Shown here: in pieces, positions 12,203 through 25,399 of the stretch
Layout: the number at the start of each line of letters is the position of its first letter
Numbering within the stretch: the first letter of the stretch is position 1
Notes under the pieces: generated by a model
What the model was told of the DNA's origin: nothing
The model's database searches: none
Seen by the model: only the letters and a program-made list of their open reading frames with translations
Position numbers and translations under genes: made by a program
Origin: Zancudomyces culisetae HAW-14-8
Lineage: Eukaryota; Fungi; Kickxellomycota
Assembly: GCA_052426225.1 (NCBI GenBank)
Contig: JBNJNM010000008.1
Location: 992,001-1,056,000 of the forward strand
DNA: 64,000 bases
Direction: 5' to 3'

Positions 12203-13195
12203 ATGTCTGATCAAGAGCAAGTGCCAAACCCGAATGAGGTTATTCAAACCTTAATGGGTCAGATATCAAGACTGTCCGATGAAGTAGACACGCTTCGCCA
12301 GTCGGCAAGCTTCCAAAGGGCCTTCATTCCAGAGCCAAAGGTACCGACGCCAGAAAAGTTTGGTGGAGGAAGAAAGGACAATATAAAAAACTTTCTCTCC
12401 ACAGTTAAAACAGTATTCAAGTTACAGCCAAGCCGTTTCCCAACTGATCACGTTAAGGTCCTGTACATCGGGACGCTCCTCACCGACGGGGCACAAACAT
12501 GGTTTAGAACGTTGCAGGAAGCACGTCATACCATTCTCTTTCAGTATAGAGACTTTATCAATTTGTTAGAAAGAACTTATGGCGAACCCAATTCTGTATG
12601 GGTTGCGCAAAATAAATTAAAAAACCTGCAGCAGGGTCGTTCGCGCTGTCTCGCTTACACTACACATTTCAAAAGTGTAGCGCTTGAGACAGAGTATAAC
12701 GAACCCGCGCTCGTCAAGGCCTTCTACGAAGGACTAAATGACGAAATCAAAGACGCTCTCTCAACTCTGGATCACGTACCCACTACGTTTGAAGAGTTCA
12801 CTTCTCTCTGTATCAGAATTGATAACAGAATCTTTCAGAGAAGAGCAGAAAGGAACAAGGTTAAACCCTGGATTCCTCCCATGCATTATACATCTTCGGA
12901 GATTACCAGAATGGATGTAGATGTAATGGGCACCCGTAGACTAACCGAACCAGAAAGAGATCACAGAAAACATAATAATCTCTGTTTTTATTGTGGTGGT
13001 TTGAACCACACTGTCCAGAATTGCCACAGGAAGAAAAAACACCAAGAATCTTTTATGAATCCGAACTCCGTAAATCTGAAGAAGACCCGTTCCCCAAGCA
13101 GAGACTCAGGGAAATCCATTATTTCCAAGATCAAGAATCAAACTATTATTCAAGCAAAAAACCAGAGAACTCCTCAGAAATCAGAGGGTATCTGA
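12203..13195 (+). CDS. gag: Chromovirus 1 Gag
   Basis: PEKFGG, LQQG, FYEGL, MDVD and CCHC CFYCGGLNHTVQNC. Confidence 0.93.
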   Translation: MSDQEQVPNPNEVIQTLMGQISRLSDEVDTLRQSASFQRAFIPEPKVPTPEKFGGGRKDNIKNFLSTVKTVFKLQPSRFPTDHVKVLYIGTLLTDGAQTWFRTLQEARHTILFQYRDFINLLERTYGEPNSVWVAQNKLKNLQQGRSRCLAYTTHFKSVALETEYNEPALVKAFYEGLNDEIKDALSTLDHVPTTFEEFTSLCIRIDNRIFQRRAERNKVKPWIPPMHYTSSEITRMDVDVMGTRRLTEPERDHRKHNNLCFYCGGLNHTVQNCHRKKKHQESFMNPNSVNLKKTRSPSRDSGKSIISKIKNQTIIQAKNQRTPQKSEGI

Positions 13196-16100
13196 AGGAT
13201 TTTCATGAACCCTCACCATCCATGGAGTTTCAAACTCACTATCTTAACAATACCAAGTTTTCTAATAATATTTTAATTAATATCAAGATCAAGTATAAAA
13301 ATAAAAAGATACATACCAAGGCTCTGGTAGATACCGGAGCATCAGGAAATTTTATAAGCAAAAGACTTATAAATAATCATAGAATCATGATCCAAACATT
13401 GGATAAACCCATAGAAATAATTCTAGCAAACAATAAACCTGCTAGCCATGGATTCATAACTCAGGCCACAGTTCCTCTAGAAATCATGATCAATAAACAC
13501 ATTAGCACGACTACATTCAATGTCGTACCGTCTCTCAGTTATCCCGTTATACTAGGATTGCCATGGTTAAAACAACAACAACCAATCATTGATTGGGTAA
13601 AACTGAAGTTGAACTTCAACCTGCCCGAATCTACTACAGATAATTTAACTCTTAGCCAAATTACCTTGTCTGAGAAATCATTTGATCCATACGATGATTC
13701 AGAAGATGAGGACTCATTTGAAAACCACTCCAAAAAACTACTCATGAAATATCAAGATTACTCAGATGTATTCTCAAAAAAGAAAGCAGACACATTGCCA
13801 GAACTTAGACCCTATGATTGTGAAATCCCGCTCAAAGACCCAGAAGCCAAGATTCCGTTCAAGCCGTTATACAACCTGTCAGGTCCAGAACTCAAGACTC
13901 TAGATGAGTATATCAAAGAAAATCTCAAGAAAGGATTTATCAGGAGAAGTCATTCCACAGCAGGTGCTCCGATATTTTTCATAAAGAAAAAGGACGGAGG
14001 TTTAAGACCTTGTATCGATTACAGGGACTTAAACGAGCTAACTGTGAAAGATCGGTATCCACTACCACTGATTTCTGAACTATTAGATCATCTCAATGAT
14101 GCTAGAATATTTACCAAAATAGATCTGCGAGGTGCATATAATTTAGTTCGTATGAAGCCAAGTGAAGAGTGGAAAACCGCCTTTCGTTCCCGATATGGAC
14201 ACTTTGAATACCTAGTAATGCCATTCGGATTAACCAATGCTCCAGCTGTGTTTCAAGCAATGGTGAATGACATTTTCAGAGACATGTTAGACATTTCTGT
14301 AATAGTATATCTTGATGATATACTAATATTCTCAGAAAATCAGGAATCACACAACATTCATGTAAAAGAAGTCTTAGAAAGACTAAGAACTCACGGTCTC
14401 TACGCAAAATTAGAGAAATGTCAGTTTGACCAAACAAGTGTAGAATTCTTGGGCTACATAATTTCAGATACAGGTATCTCTATGAGCCCAGAAAAAGTTC
14501 AAACTATTCTTAGCTGGCAAACACCAACCCATGTTAAGGGTGTAATGAGTTTCTTAGGATTTGCTAACTTTTACAGAAAATTTATCAAGGACTATTCAAA
14601 GATAGTCAGACCACTCACAAACCTCACCAAGAAGGATATTCCATTTGATTGGACTCCGGAATGCCAGGATGCATTCGAATTCCTCAAGAAAACCGTTACT
14701 TCAGCACCAATTCTCGCACATCCAGATCCCAGTTTACCCTTTCACCTTGAAACTGATGCTTCAGATTATGCCATAGGTGCCGTGTTAAATCAACCAGTGT
14801 CCAAGACAGATTCCACACTCCATCCAGTTGCTTTCTATTCTCGCAAACTACTAGACGCCGAAATTAATTATGACATTCATGACAAAGAATTATTGGCTAT
14901 AGTAAACGCGCTTAAACACTGGAGACACTACCTATGTGGAGCAATCCATCCAATCAATGTATTCTCTGACCACAGAAACTTAACATTCTTTAGAACAAAG
15001 AGAATATTGAAGCAAAGACACGCCAGATGGGCAAATACCTTGTCAGAATTTGACTTCAAGTTGTGTTACAAACCAGGTGCACTTAATCCAGTTGCAGATG
15101 CATTGAGTCGAAGGACCGACTTATTACCTGAAACGGGGGGTGAATACACCAACCCACAAAAGTATGAAGCCACAATCCTCCCAGCTTCCAAATGGATTAA
15201 TGCTGCTAAAACTCAAACCCCTCAGGTTAAACTAATTACATCTGATAAAGAAAAACTTGAAATAATTCAGTCACGCCACGATGCCCTAACCGCCGGACAT
15301 TTAGGTCAACAGAAAACTTTTGCTTTAATCGCCAAGGATTACTATTGGAAAGGAATGAGACAATACATTAATAATTATATCAAAGGATGTGATATTTGTC
15401 AAAGAAATAAAATCCACAGACATAAGCCATATGGATTGTTAAACCCACTTGAAATCCCAGAAAAGCCGTGGTCCAAAATCTCTATGGACTTCATAGTAAA
15501 ACTACCATCCTCAAATGGCTACGATTCTATTCTTGTCATAGTGTGTCGCTTTACAAAGTAAGCACATTTTATACCTTGTAATGAAACCATTGATGCAGCA
15601 GGAACTGCAAAGTTATTCATAAATAATATATTCAAGTTACATGGCCTGCCAATTGATATAACATCAGATAGAGGATCTCAGTTTAGATCAAAATTTTGGA
15701 AAGAAATCATGAATTTATTAAAAGTAAAAGTTAATCTATCTTCGGCTTATCACCCACAGTCAAATGGACAAACAGAAAGAGTCAACCAAACTCTTGAACA
15801 ATACCTCAGAAATTACTCGAACTACAATCAAGATAACTGGAGTACCTTACTACCATTCGCAGAGTTCGCTTACAACAACGCAGTAAGCTCAAGTACCAAG
15901 ATGTCACCGTTTTATGCAAACTATAGATACAACCCCAAGGCTGATTTTCTAAATACTAAAGAAAATATATCAAGTAATCCTGCAGTAACCTCGTATCTCA
16001 AAGTCATTCAAGAATCATGTGAAGAAATTAAGTCAACACTTAATCAATCTCAAGACAACTCAGTAAAACAATCAAATCGTAAAAGGATAAATATCAAGTA

Positions 16101-16527
16101 TAAAGTAAACGATCTAGTATGGTTAGATCGTAAAAACATCAAGACTATGAGACCATCTAATAAATTGGATAATCAAAGAATAGGTCCGTTTCAAATCACG
16201 GAACAAATAAACAAAGTGGCTTACAGATTAAAACTATCAGATGACATGAGAATCCATGATGTATTCCATGTATCACTCCTTGAGCCATATCATGCACCAA
16301 TAATCAATGGACAAATAAAGCCAAGACCTGAACCCATCATCTTAGATAATACTGAAGAATGGGAAGTAGAAGAAATTCTAGATGCCAAGAAAGCAAATAA
16401 CAGAGCTTACTATCTCGTCAAATGGAAAGGATTCTCAGACTGCGAAAACACTTGGGAACCAACAGAAAATCTTGAAAACTGTCAAAGACTAATAAAACAG
16501 TTTAATCAGAAATCCAAGAAACCCTAA
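13156..16527 (+). pseudogene. pol: Chromovirus 1 Pol (PR-RT-RH-IN-chromodomain), -1 frame to gag, one premature TAA at 15559..15561
   Basis: VDTGA, YLDD, ETDAS, MDF, GPF, EWEVEEIL...YLVKWKGF...TWEP; ORFs 12991..15561 and 15709..16527 share a frame. Confidence 0.95.
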
Positions 16528-18028
16528 ACATGATAAGCTATCGATCTCGCGGAGCTTGATCATAAAGATGGGGGTGATGTTAGGAATGGCAATATATTCC
16601 AAAAAATGGATCTTTGTTGGAATCGATCCTAAAATGTTAGGAACGGCAAATTCCCGGAACATAAATTTTAGTTTACATTTTTGTTCTATAAAAAATTAAA
16701 CTATTTTATTATTTCACTTACGACATTCAAATAAGCCATTCCGACATTGGAATCATGTATGCAAAATTCACCATGAAATCACAGTATTTATTATTGGGAA
16801 AATTGACAAAGAAAATTAAAGAAAATTTTCAATAATTAAATTTATAAAATTCATGTTAAAATCGATATACAAAATCATAGGCAAAATCGATATACAATAT
16901 CGTAGGCAAAATCGATATACAAAATCATAGGCAAAATCGATATACAATATCGTAGGCAAAATAGATAACCAAAAACCATGATAAAATTGGATAACCAAAA
17001 ACCATGATAAAATTCGATAACCAAAAACCATGATAAAATTCGATAAAGTAATCTCATGAATAAATCAAACAAGAAGTTTGATAAACTCAATTTTGATAGT
17101 TACTTTAAATTAGTTCATTCTTACATAGTAAAATTTTAAAACTAAAAAATTATTATCACTAAGTTTTTTCATAGCAAATTTCTCTGATGAAAAAATATAT
17201 AAACCCTTCGAAATTCCGTTGGGATACATCAGAGAAAAATATATCATTAACTCATCTAATAATATATTTTTCTAAATAACTACTTCTTCCTAATAAATAA
17301 TAATACTGAATATTAATCACAGCATAGTTATAAGCAGCTCATTGATTATAACACTCACGGACATTGGTTCTGGGCTCCTACGGATTTGTAGTTGACGGAC
17401 ACTTTCTGTCAACTCCCCAAGAGTCCGAGGACTTAAAACCCCAGTCTCTTGGTCCATGCTACTAGCCGTGCTCAGGCTGGAGCTAGTTTCTGAATCCCTC
17501 TTGGATTTACTCTTGGTATAAAAGAAATAGTACATTTTTGGTTATTGGTTTTTATAAATAATATTCTGAAGTCTGTTTTATTGTGTTTAATAACTAACCA
17601 TTTAATCCGTAAAGTAGGACATGGATCCAGTTTCCTAATAAACTACTCTATCAATTATATATATGATTAAAAACTTAAATGCTAACCTAGTTTTTCAATA
17701 TAATATATTAACTATACACTATTATTATGCTGTTAAGTATACTAATAATTTGTTTCATAATTGCAGAATACGTACATTAAGATTATGTGTGGGAACACAT
17801 ATACTTTAAAATTATTTGATGTTCAGTATTAAAAGATATTTCGTACTAGAATCCTCATTATTGAATGGACTCAGCATGTAGAATTTATTTCATGCTGAGT
17901 AGAAATTAATTTAAACAATATTTAAATGACAATAAAAAGTATAAAAATTGGCATTACGCAATGAGTGTACAAAAAAATTTCTCGTACACTATTCGAATAA
18001 ACATTGAAATTCGGCTTATTGCGACACA

Positions 18029-18326
18029 TGTTATTTGTTGTATATATTATTTTTCTAATAAATTCTTGTTTAGTTATATGTGTATTTAAAACTAATTACT
18101 ATATCATATAATAGTATTTTATACTATATACTAACAATATTCTTGTATAGCTAGACACACGTTTTTTTTTGTGAAAAAGTGATAATTTATATAATGTCTG
18201 AGGGGGATGCTTTTAACCCCCAAAATTTACTGTAGGTGTTATATAAATAATCTAAACTAAAATTTCTAACTAATAAATCGTTAGACAAAAACCACGAGGG
18301 ATAAAAAGGTCCAATCTAAATATAAC
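18029..18326. repeat. Partial LTR (A/H/20419-related)
   Basis: Starts TGTTA 2 bp after element C; shares the AAAAACCACGAGG...GGTCCAATCT motif with 20490..20520 in reverse. Confidence 0.6.
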
Positions 18327-18730
18327 TGTCAGGACCTGACACTAAGTACTATAATTATATCATGATACTTGATTTATTAAATAAATTAATATGGAATGAA
18401 AGTATTATATTGCTAAAGATCTCCTTTGCAATAAAATCTTTTTATTTATATAATTTACCTAAACAGAATTATAAAACGTAAAATAAAACTTAATCAAAAT
18501 GAATCTAGAGAATGTTCAAACTAAAACATTGTAAAAATTTTTTCGTAATTTTTTTATGAATTGCAGTTATTGAAACATTCTCCACAATGGGTAAAATGTT
18601 TAATAAAATTTTGCAAGTAAATTCATTTTAGCATAAATTTAATTTGCGGAGAGAATGTTAAATAAATTTTAACAATTACTATTTTTAACTGAAATTAAAA
18701 ATAGCAGTTATGACATGATAAACCATGACA
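18327..18730. repeat. Solo LTR family J
   Basis: TGTCAGGACCTGAC...CATGACA, same ends as 30447..30864; no TSD match. Confidence 0.75.
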
Positions 18731-18869
18731 GATTCCCAGAAGTAACATTCTCAGATTTTCCAGAAGTATCTTTCTCAGATTTCTTCAATGTTACGTGAAT
18801 TTAATATTACCAATTTAGAAATTACAGTCATTAACTCAAATATAATTACCAGTAATTAAATTCACGACA
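18731..18869. repeat. Partial K-like LTR, inverted
   Basis: Ends AATTCACGACA, the reverse complement of the K start, and has the same terminal hairpin. Confidence 0.6.
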
Positions 18870-18872
18870 TAA

Positions 18873-19329
18873 TGTAGTATTATAAAATTTTTAATACTAG
18901 TGAATATTTATTAAAATAAGTTTTATATATATATAAATAATAAGATATTTTATAAATAGTTCGATACTTTATAATAATACAATGAAGTTGGGGTTTATAT
19001 AGTATTTCTGTATGTCAACATTGTTTTGAAATCACTAACGTGTTCTTCTGTTGTTCAAACATGTTTTATTAATTGATGCGTTGTTTATCTTTTCTACCCC
19101 TACATTTCTTATCATGTTAACAGTACACTCAAAACAGCATCGTTACCCCGTGTTAACACACGTGGTTTGGTGTAATTTATCCGCATGATAAACTACACTG
19201 ATTTATTTTGAAACATATAAATGTGTTAATAAAATTAAACAATATTAATACTAAGAATTAAACAAATGTATGAGGAAAAACCCAGTGGGATAAAGTGCCC
19301 ATACATATACTAAAAAAACTAATACGACA
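18873..19329 (-). repeat. Solo LTR family F
   Basis: Matches the LTRs of element F (42862..43324, 47852..48312). Confidence 0.92.
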
Positions 19330-19331
19330 AC

Positions 19332-20020
19332 TGTTGTATGCTTAGTTCTACCCAAGCTAAACTATTGGATAAACAGCATACAGCTTCTCAAACACCGAAT
19401 AACCACCGTTATCTCGGGTGTTCGAGCTAGTAATCTGGGATTACTAGGGTGAAATTATCACCCAAAAAGTGAGTCAATATTAAGTTTTAATTGTTTTATT
19501 TTAAGTTTCTATTATATAAAGTTCTAATAAAATAGCTAGTCAGGTACTAGTATATTACTAGTAACCCCACCACAAGTTTGGTGGTTTTATCTTTTTATTT
19601 TTAAAAGTTATTCATTAAATAAAATACAAATTAGCTCTAAAATACCTGATTTTACTCTATAAAATTGAAATTTGTAATTTAAGCAAAAACCTACCTAAAA
19701 CCAAAAAAAAACATAGGTAGTGAAGCGTAACACAATTTATAAAGGGTATCAGAAAGGTATCAGAGTCTAACTTTTGGACCAAAATTAATTGTTTTGCACA
19801 CCAAATTTTAGGAGTTTGGCGTAATTTTACCCAGTTTTATCGCATTTATTGAAGTAATAAATACATAAAACTAAATTAAATAAAAGCTATAAGGTAGAAA
19901 CGACTGGTTAAAATAAAGTATTACTTTCTCCAGTAACAATCCCCCGCTATTAGCAGAACTTTTTGTAGGTTTAGTTGCGGAAATTTCCTGAGTAATTTTG
20001 TGGAATCTAAAATAAATAAT
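19332..20020. repeat. Solo LTR family B
   Basis: Reverse complement of 2624..3310; right end decayed. Confidence 0.88.
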
Positions 20021-20021
20021 A

Positions 20022-20770
20022 TGACGCATCAAAGATCGACAGATGGGCGTCTCACTCGGGTTATAGCGAGTGAGATGTGATGATTTACCTAGTGCTATTC
20101 ATCTTTGAGGTTTTGCACTATCGTAAATCTTCATTTTCAATTATTAATTAATTTCGGATGGTTTTTATATTATCATAGTATTTTAATATTTTAGTAATAC
20201 GAGGAAAATGCATTTAAGCACTGCATTTTCACTTCTAAGTTTTTAGCATCTTATTTTCGGATTAGTATTTAATCTACACTTTATTTTTATAAATACTATA
20301 ATAATATAAAAAACTAAGGTCCTACCGCTTACTGGTAGTAAATTAACCATTTCAAAATACAAGTGAAAGCAGTAAAGTTGGATAACTCATACAAACGGAA
20401 AATAAATCCGACACATACTGTCATATAGTGGAACTAATGGAATTAATTTTTATAGGTATTTATTAGGAAATATAATTATAAATATTTTTAGATTGGACCT
20501 TTTTCTCCTCGTGGTTTTTGTTCAACGATTTCATAATTCGGATAGTTTAAATTAGTAATTAGTTAGCATACAATTATAGGGAAATTATAGGGGTTAATAA
20601 TATCGCCTACAACTTATTTAATAAAAATTTCTCTTAACCAAAATTAACAATAAAGTAGATATACAGATTTTATAAAATATCAAATATTATAGTATATAAC
20701 TAGAAAATAATATGTTTAAAGTATTAAATACCAATATATACACAATAATATTGATATTAACTAATTAACA
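20022..20770. repeat. Two further stacked LTR-like units (about 20022..20413 and 20419..20770)
   Basis: CGACA-catac-TGTCA junction; second unit shares motifs with 18029..18326. Confidence 0.55.
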
Positions 20771-21699
20771 CACAGTTAATATATACAAGCTATTAATAAT
20801 TATACTAGTTAAAACACACAGAAATAAAATAATATTAGTTAATATTATCATAATATTGTTAAAATAGATTGACGAACTTAATTGATCATGATAAGATATT
20901 GTACCCTCTTTTATAATATTAAGTTTGTTATAATTATTTATAAAAACTTAAAGTAATAAAACAACTAATTACATTATAATAATAGCGAACATCATTAATA
21001 AGCACAATGTTATGATGATACATTAAATTTGATCATGTGTATCAATATTAATGTTTTAATCTCATTATTAAGTAATAATTAAATAATATAAACTAATAAT
21101 TAATTAATATTATTATACTCATTTAATATCATTATATTAATTAATTAATATTGTATTTTAATATACAATATAGTTATGATACATGTGTATTCATAACATC
21201 AGGTCCTGACAAATACACACATCAATCGTAATATTCTACTCATACAAATATTATAGTTATTTATTATATACACACAAACCATAAATTGATTTGAATATAT
21301 TTTGGTAATTAAAAAGCAAATGCTAAAATTTGGGTTATAATTAAGTTCCATGACATGATTTGATTATCAGTAGTTATTCAGTCATAAATATGTCATATTT
21401 ATAATACTAGATAACTGTTATTTCCTATTACTTTAGTATATACTCATTGAAATCTAGGTTTTCAATATATTCTATTGTGTCCATAGTATCGTTATAGTTT
21501 ATTATTTTTTATTTATTTACTTTTATGACTATTGCAGATTTTATTTTACTATCGTTTTATATATATTCAAATATATATATTTTAGAATAAAATCATTATC
21601 AACTATTTAAAACTATATATACAAGTTATATAATATATCTATAATATAAAATAATTATTATATCAAATTAACCAGATCTAAAATATATTATTTAGTCTT

Positions 21700-24520
21700 A
21701 ATAAGCAAACCTGGCTCATATATCAAAACATTCATACATTTTATTTGATATCGTGTTGTGGTCATGTAAAATTTACTCAAGAACCTTGCGAGAAGGAACT
21801 GTGTCTCAAATACCGGTATCACTACGATAATGTCGGTATAAATTGTAAACTAGTCGTATTAATTAACACTATAGTGGATATTGACTATTTATGACTTGAC
21901 ATTTGCGTTCATAGCCAACAAAAACATTAACTTCAATGGGCAATTAGAATATATATTATATGGTATACATATTTGATATTATATAATGTCTTAACACCGC
22001 ACTGTCTGCATATCCGGAAGTTAAAGTTAACAGTATATAGTGGAGTTAGTGGTAAACTTGTTTTGTTAGCCAAAGGAACAAATTGTTTGTTTTACTTTTT
22101 TAAAAGATTTTCTACAATTAAGATCCCAAATAATATATGAATTTTTCTTTGTCAGGTTTTGGATAGGATACATCATTTCAGAATAGTTGGGAATAAATTT
22201 CCGAAAATATGATGTTAAAACTAAAAAAGAACAAACTCCGCTTACATTAGGAGGTGGTTCTAAATTTTCTAAAACCTCTGTCTACTTTGGGTCTGGTTGT
22301 ACCCCATTACTTGATAACAAGTAACCCAAATAAGTAAAAGTTGGTTGTAAAAAACTACAATTGCTTAATTTTAGTCTCACATTGTTTACCTTTAATACCT
22401 CGAATACCGTATTCAAACTATTTATTTGTTCTTGGTAGGTGTCTGAGTATACTGCTATATCTTCCAGATTTACCGTTACAAAATTTAGAGGTAAGGTGCA
22501 AAAATTCGGTTTAATAACCGAGCAAAATGAACTGGCGCGTTTGATAGGCCAAACGGCATTTCCAGAAATTCGTAAATTCCGAATGGGCATATAAAACTCG
22601 TATATTTTCTTGAATCTGAAGCTAATGGACACTGCCAATAACCTGAAGCACAGTCAAGCGTAGAAAAATATTTTTTTTTAGCCAACGAATCAATGCAATC
22701 GTCAATTCGTGGGATTGGAAATTTATCTTTGGTGATTATGTAATTATATTTTTTATAATTTATACAGAACCTTACTTTATTTACTCCATGTACTAATCGA
22801 ATAGAGAAAGCTCAAAGTGAGTTGCTTATTTTCATCACTCTGTTCAAAAGCATTTTTTTGACTTCTTGTATTATTATAGATTTTTCCTGCTCAGGATATT
22901 TTCTTAAGCGATACGAGAAAGGAGATGAGTTTTCAGGAATCGGAATTCGAAATTCGGAATTCGAGATTCCACCGGATCTGCAATCTACCTCTTCAAATAT
23001 TTTCTCGCACTACCAAGTTACTGGTCGACTGCCTGGATGTCAGCTTAATTTAAACTTCGATTTACATTTGTATTTTTATTCTCGGTCGGAGTTGTTTATT
23101 CTGATTTTATTACACCATACAATTTAGGTGCAAACTCCCCATCTGAATCTTCCAAATCGAAATCTGGTTCTGACTCTGATTCAAGCTCCGACTCATCTAA
23201 CATTTTTTTACTGTGCAGTGGTAAGTTGTATCTTTGGTCTTACCATATTAAACTTATTGATTCATTATAATTGTCCAATTTAACTACTAATATTTGCGAA
23301 CATAATATTCCTAGTAGGACAGGAACAGCGCGGTTCTCCAGTACAAAAAATTCAATGGGTATACAAATATCTTCCTCAAATATCAATGGTATGTATACAC
23401 TTTCTCTTATCCCTACTGTCACTCCTTTCACCTAAGTAATTACTATTGGTTTCTGGAGTTTGTTTCTCTTTAACTTTAATTTATTCGCAAAGTTCGTTTC
23501 AAAATAGACTATGTTGTGCCTGAGTCAATAAATAAAAGGTCATCCTGGTCTTGATAGGAAGTCAACACATATGTTAGATTTTCATTTGAATTTCCTGATT
23601 TTACTGTTTACATGGCTTATTTATGTTTATCCTATTTATTTTTTTTACATGATTAAATTGAGCAACAAAATCAGGTAACATTTATATCTGTGTTTGTATG
23701 AACTCTCTTATCGACATAAGGATATGGGAATCGAGTTATCGGACTAGTAAGTACGAATGTAAGATTATTTTTTTTCTCGGCTTTTGATGAAATGTGGTCA
23801 GTCTATTTCTTCTTAATTTCTCCACTAGATGTTTATGTGGTACTGGAAGATCTGTCCACATTTTCCAATCTTTTAGGATTTTTTTGTTTATTTCTAAACT
23901 TCCGGGAGCCTGAATAGGGTTCACTGATGTTGCTGTGGTTAAAGGGTAACCATAGGTATCTGTATTGGAATCTTATGTATTTGTACTGTGATAACTTAAA
24001 AAATGGTCTAATTCCATTCGATTATCCTATTTATGACCCGGACTATTTCTTTTTGTGTGATGACCACGGCTATTACTGGGTTAACTGGTAGTATCTCTTC
24101 CAACGCTTCTTCTTGTCTACTGATAGCCGATAAATTAGGTTTCTAATTTTTTGTCAACTGCTTGAAATGTGTTTATCCATTAGAATTACATTGTTTAAAA
24201 CGATGGTGTCAAAATCTGGAAACAATGGAGTTTATTTATTAATATTATAATTATTGTATAGAAACGTATACAAGATACTATTTTCTGAATCCTTAACAGT
24301 ATTAATCGTACCCTTTTTATTTTTTTTGACTTGATTTTCTACAATGCAAAGATAACGTGTCTATTATATAAAGAATTCGAATATAAATATGAACATATTA
24401 AAATCAAAGGTTAATAAAAATTAACAATGAAAAATTAATATTTAATGAAAATTCAAAAATCAATGGGGATTGTTGAAAGCTTTTAATATGTTACCCATCA
24501 ATTAATTATTGCTCCAGATG
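21700..24520 (-). pseudogene. Highly decayed Gypsy gag-pol remnant
   Basis: FSTLDCASGYWQ, MPFGLSNAP, FTYLGY and VPVLLG fragments in several frames; boundaries approximate. Confidence 0.8.
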
Positions 24521-25399
24521 TTAATCAGATGACCTAAATAGGTTCTAAACCATACAAGCATTGGATCATGACAGATGGCCTTAAATCCCACAAGTGATAC
24601 AAGTAAGAACTCATATATTCAGAATTTATGCTATATTTTGTCAACAACACCAGTGATTTTATAATTTCAGTATATTCCACACACGAATTTCAATTAGATT
24701 ATTTTTATTCTTTTATACGGAGTAGATTTTAATATATAAATAGCGTTAATAATAATTAATTTCATATTTTCAATTTTCTTTTGGCAATCATGAACGTAAT
24801 ATCAGTGCTCTAAAGTTATAATTAAATATCTAATTGTGATATATAGCCAGTACTATACAATGCTGTAAACAATTTTTATATAAAAGTATATATATAAATA
24901 TATTATTAAGTGAAACTAGTTTAAATAAATCAGAAGTAAAATATGATTCTAAAATTTTAGTTTTCAAAAATTATTTCCACCTAACTATAAATATTATAAT
25001 GGTATTTTTTGATTCCTAATATTAAATAAAATATTAATGCAAATACTCATAAGCATCTTAATTTTATAAAAATTATAATTGTGAAAATTATTAGTACGTC
25101 AACATAGATTATTGGTCTAAATTTTATTTATTGATTGGTTAAAAGATGAATTTTACAAGTCACCATTATTATTATGATTTATATATCATTGTAAATTTTT
25201 AATTCTATAAACATGTTTACTAAACTATTAATAACTAAAAATAAGATATTTGAATATATTATTTAGTAGTCCAGATAAACGTAATATTGAGATATACTAA
25301 TTTAATATGTGTAACACAAACTAATAACTATTATATGTATAGTAACATGGAAATAATTGAGTTATTCTGGGTGGATAGAAAATTCGTTTCAAGGATCTG

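Larger units (their letters stand above)
11258..17353 (+). mobile_element. Chromovirus 1 (Tf1/sushi-type Gypsy); LTRs 11258..12033 and 16578..17353; 5-bp TSD CTCAC
   Basis: 776-bp LTRs with about 3 differences; polypurine tract AAAGATGGGGGTGA; chromodomain on integrase. Confidence 0.97.
5743..18026 (-). mobile_element. Ty3/Gypsy element C; 3' LTR 5743..6585; 5' LTR 11086..18026 split by a chromovirus
   Basis: LTRs of about 840 bp; PBS TGGCGTCAGCGACAGGAT (11068..11085, tRNA-Ser-like); polypurine tract AAGTGGGGAAA next to 6585. Confidence 0.93.

Noticed and set aside
20771-20830. Decayed tRNA after the middle stack (CACAGT resembles the tRNA-Ser flank)
   Set aside because: No A or B box and no cloverleaf visible.
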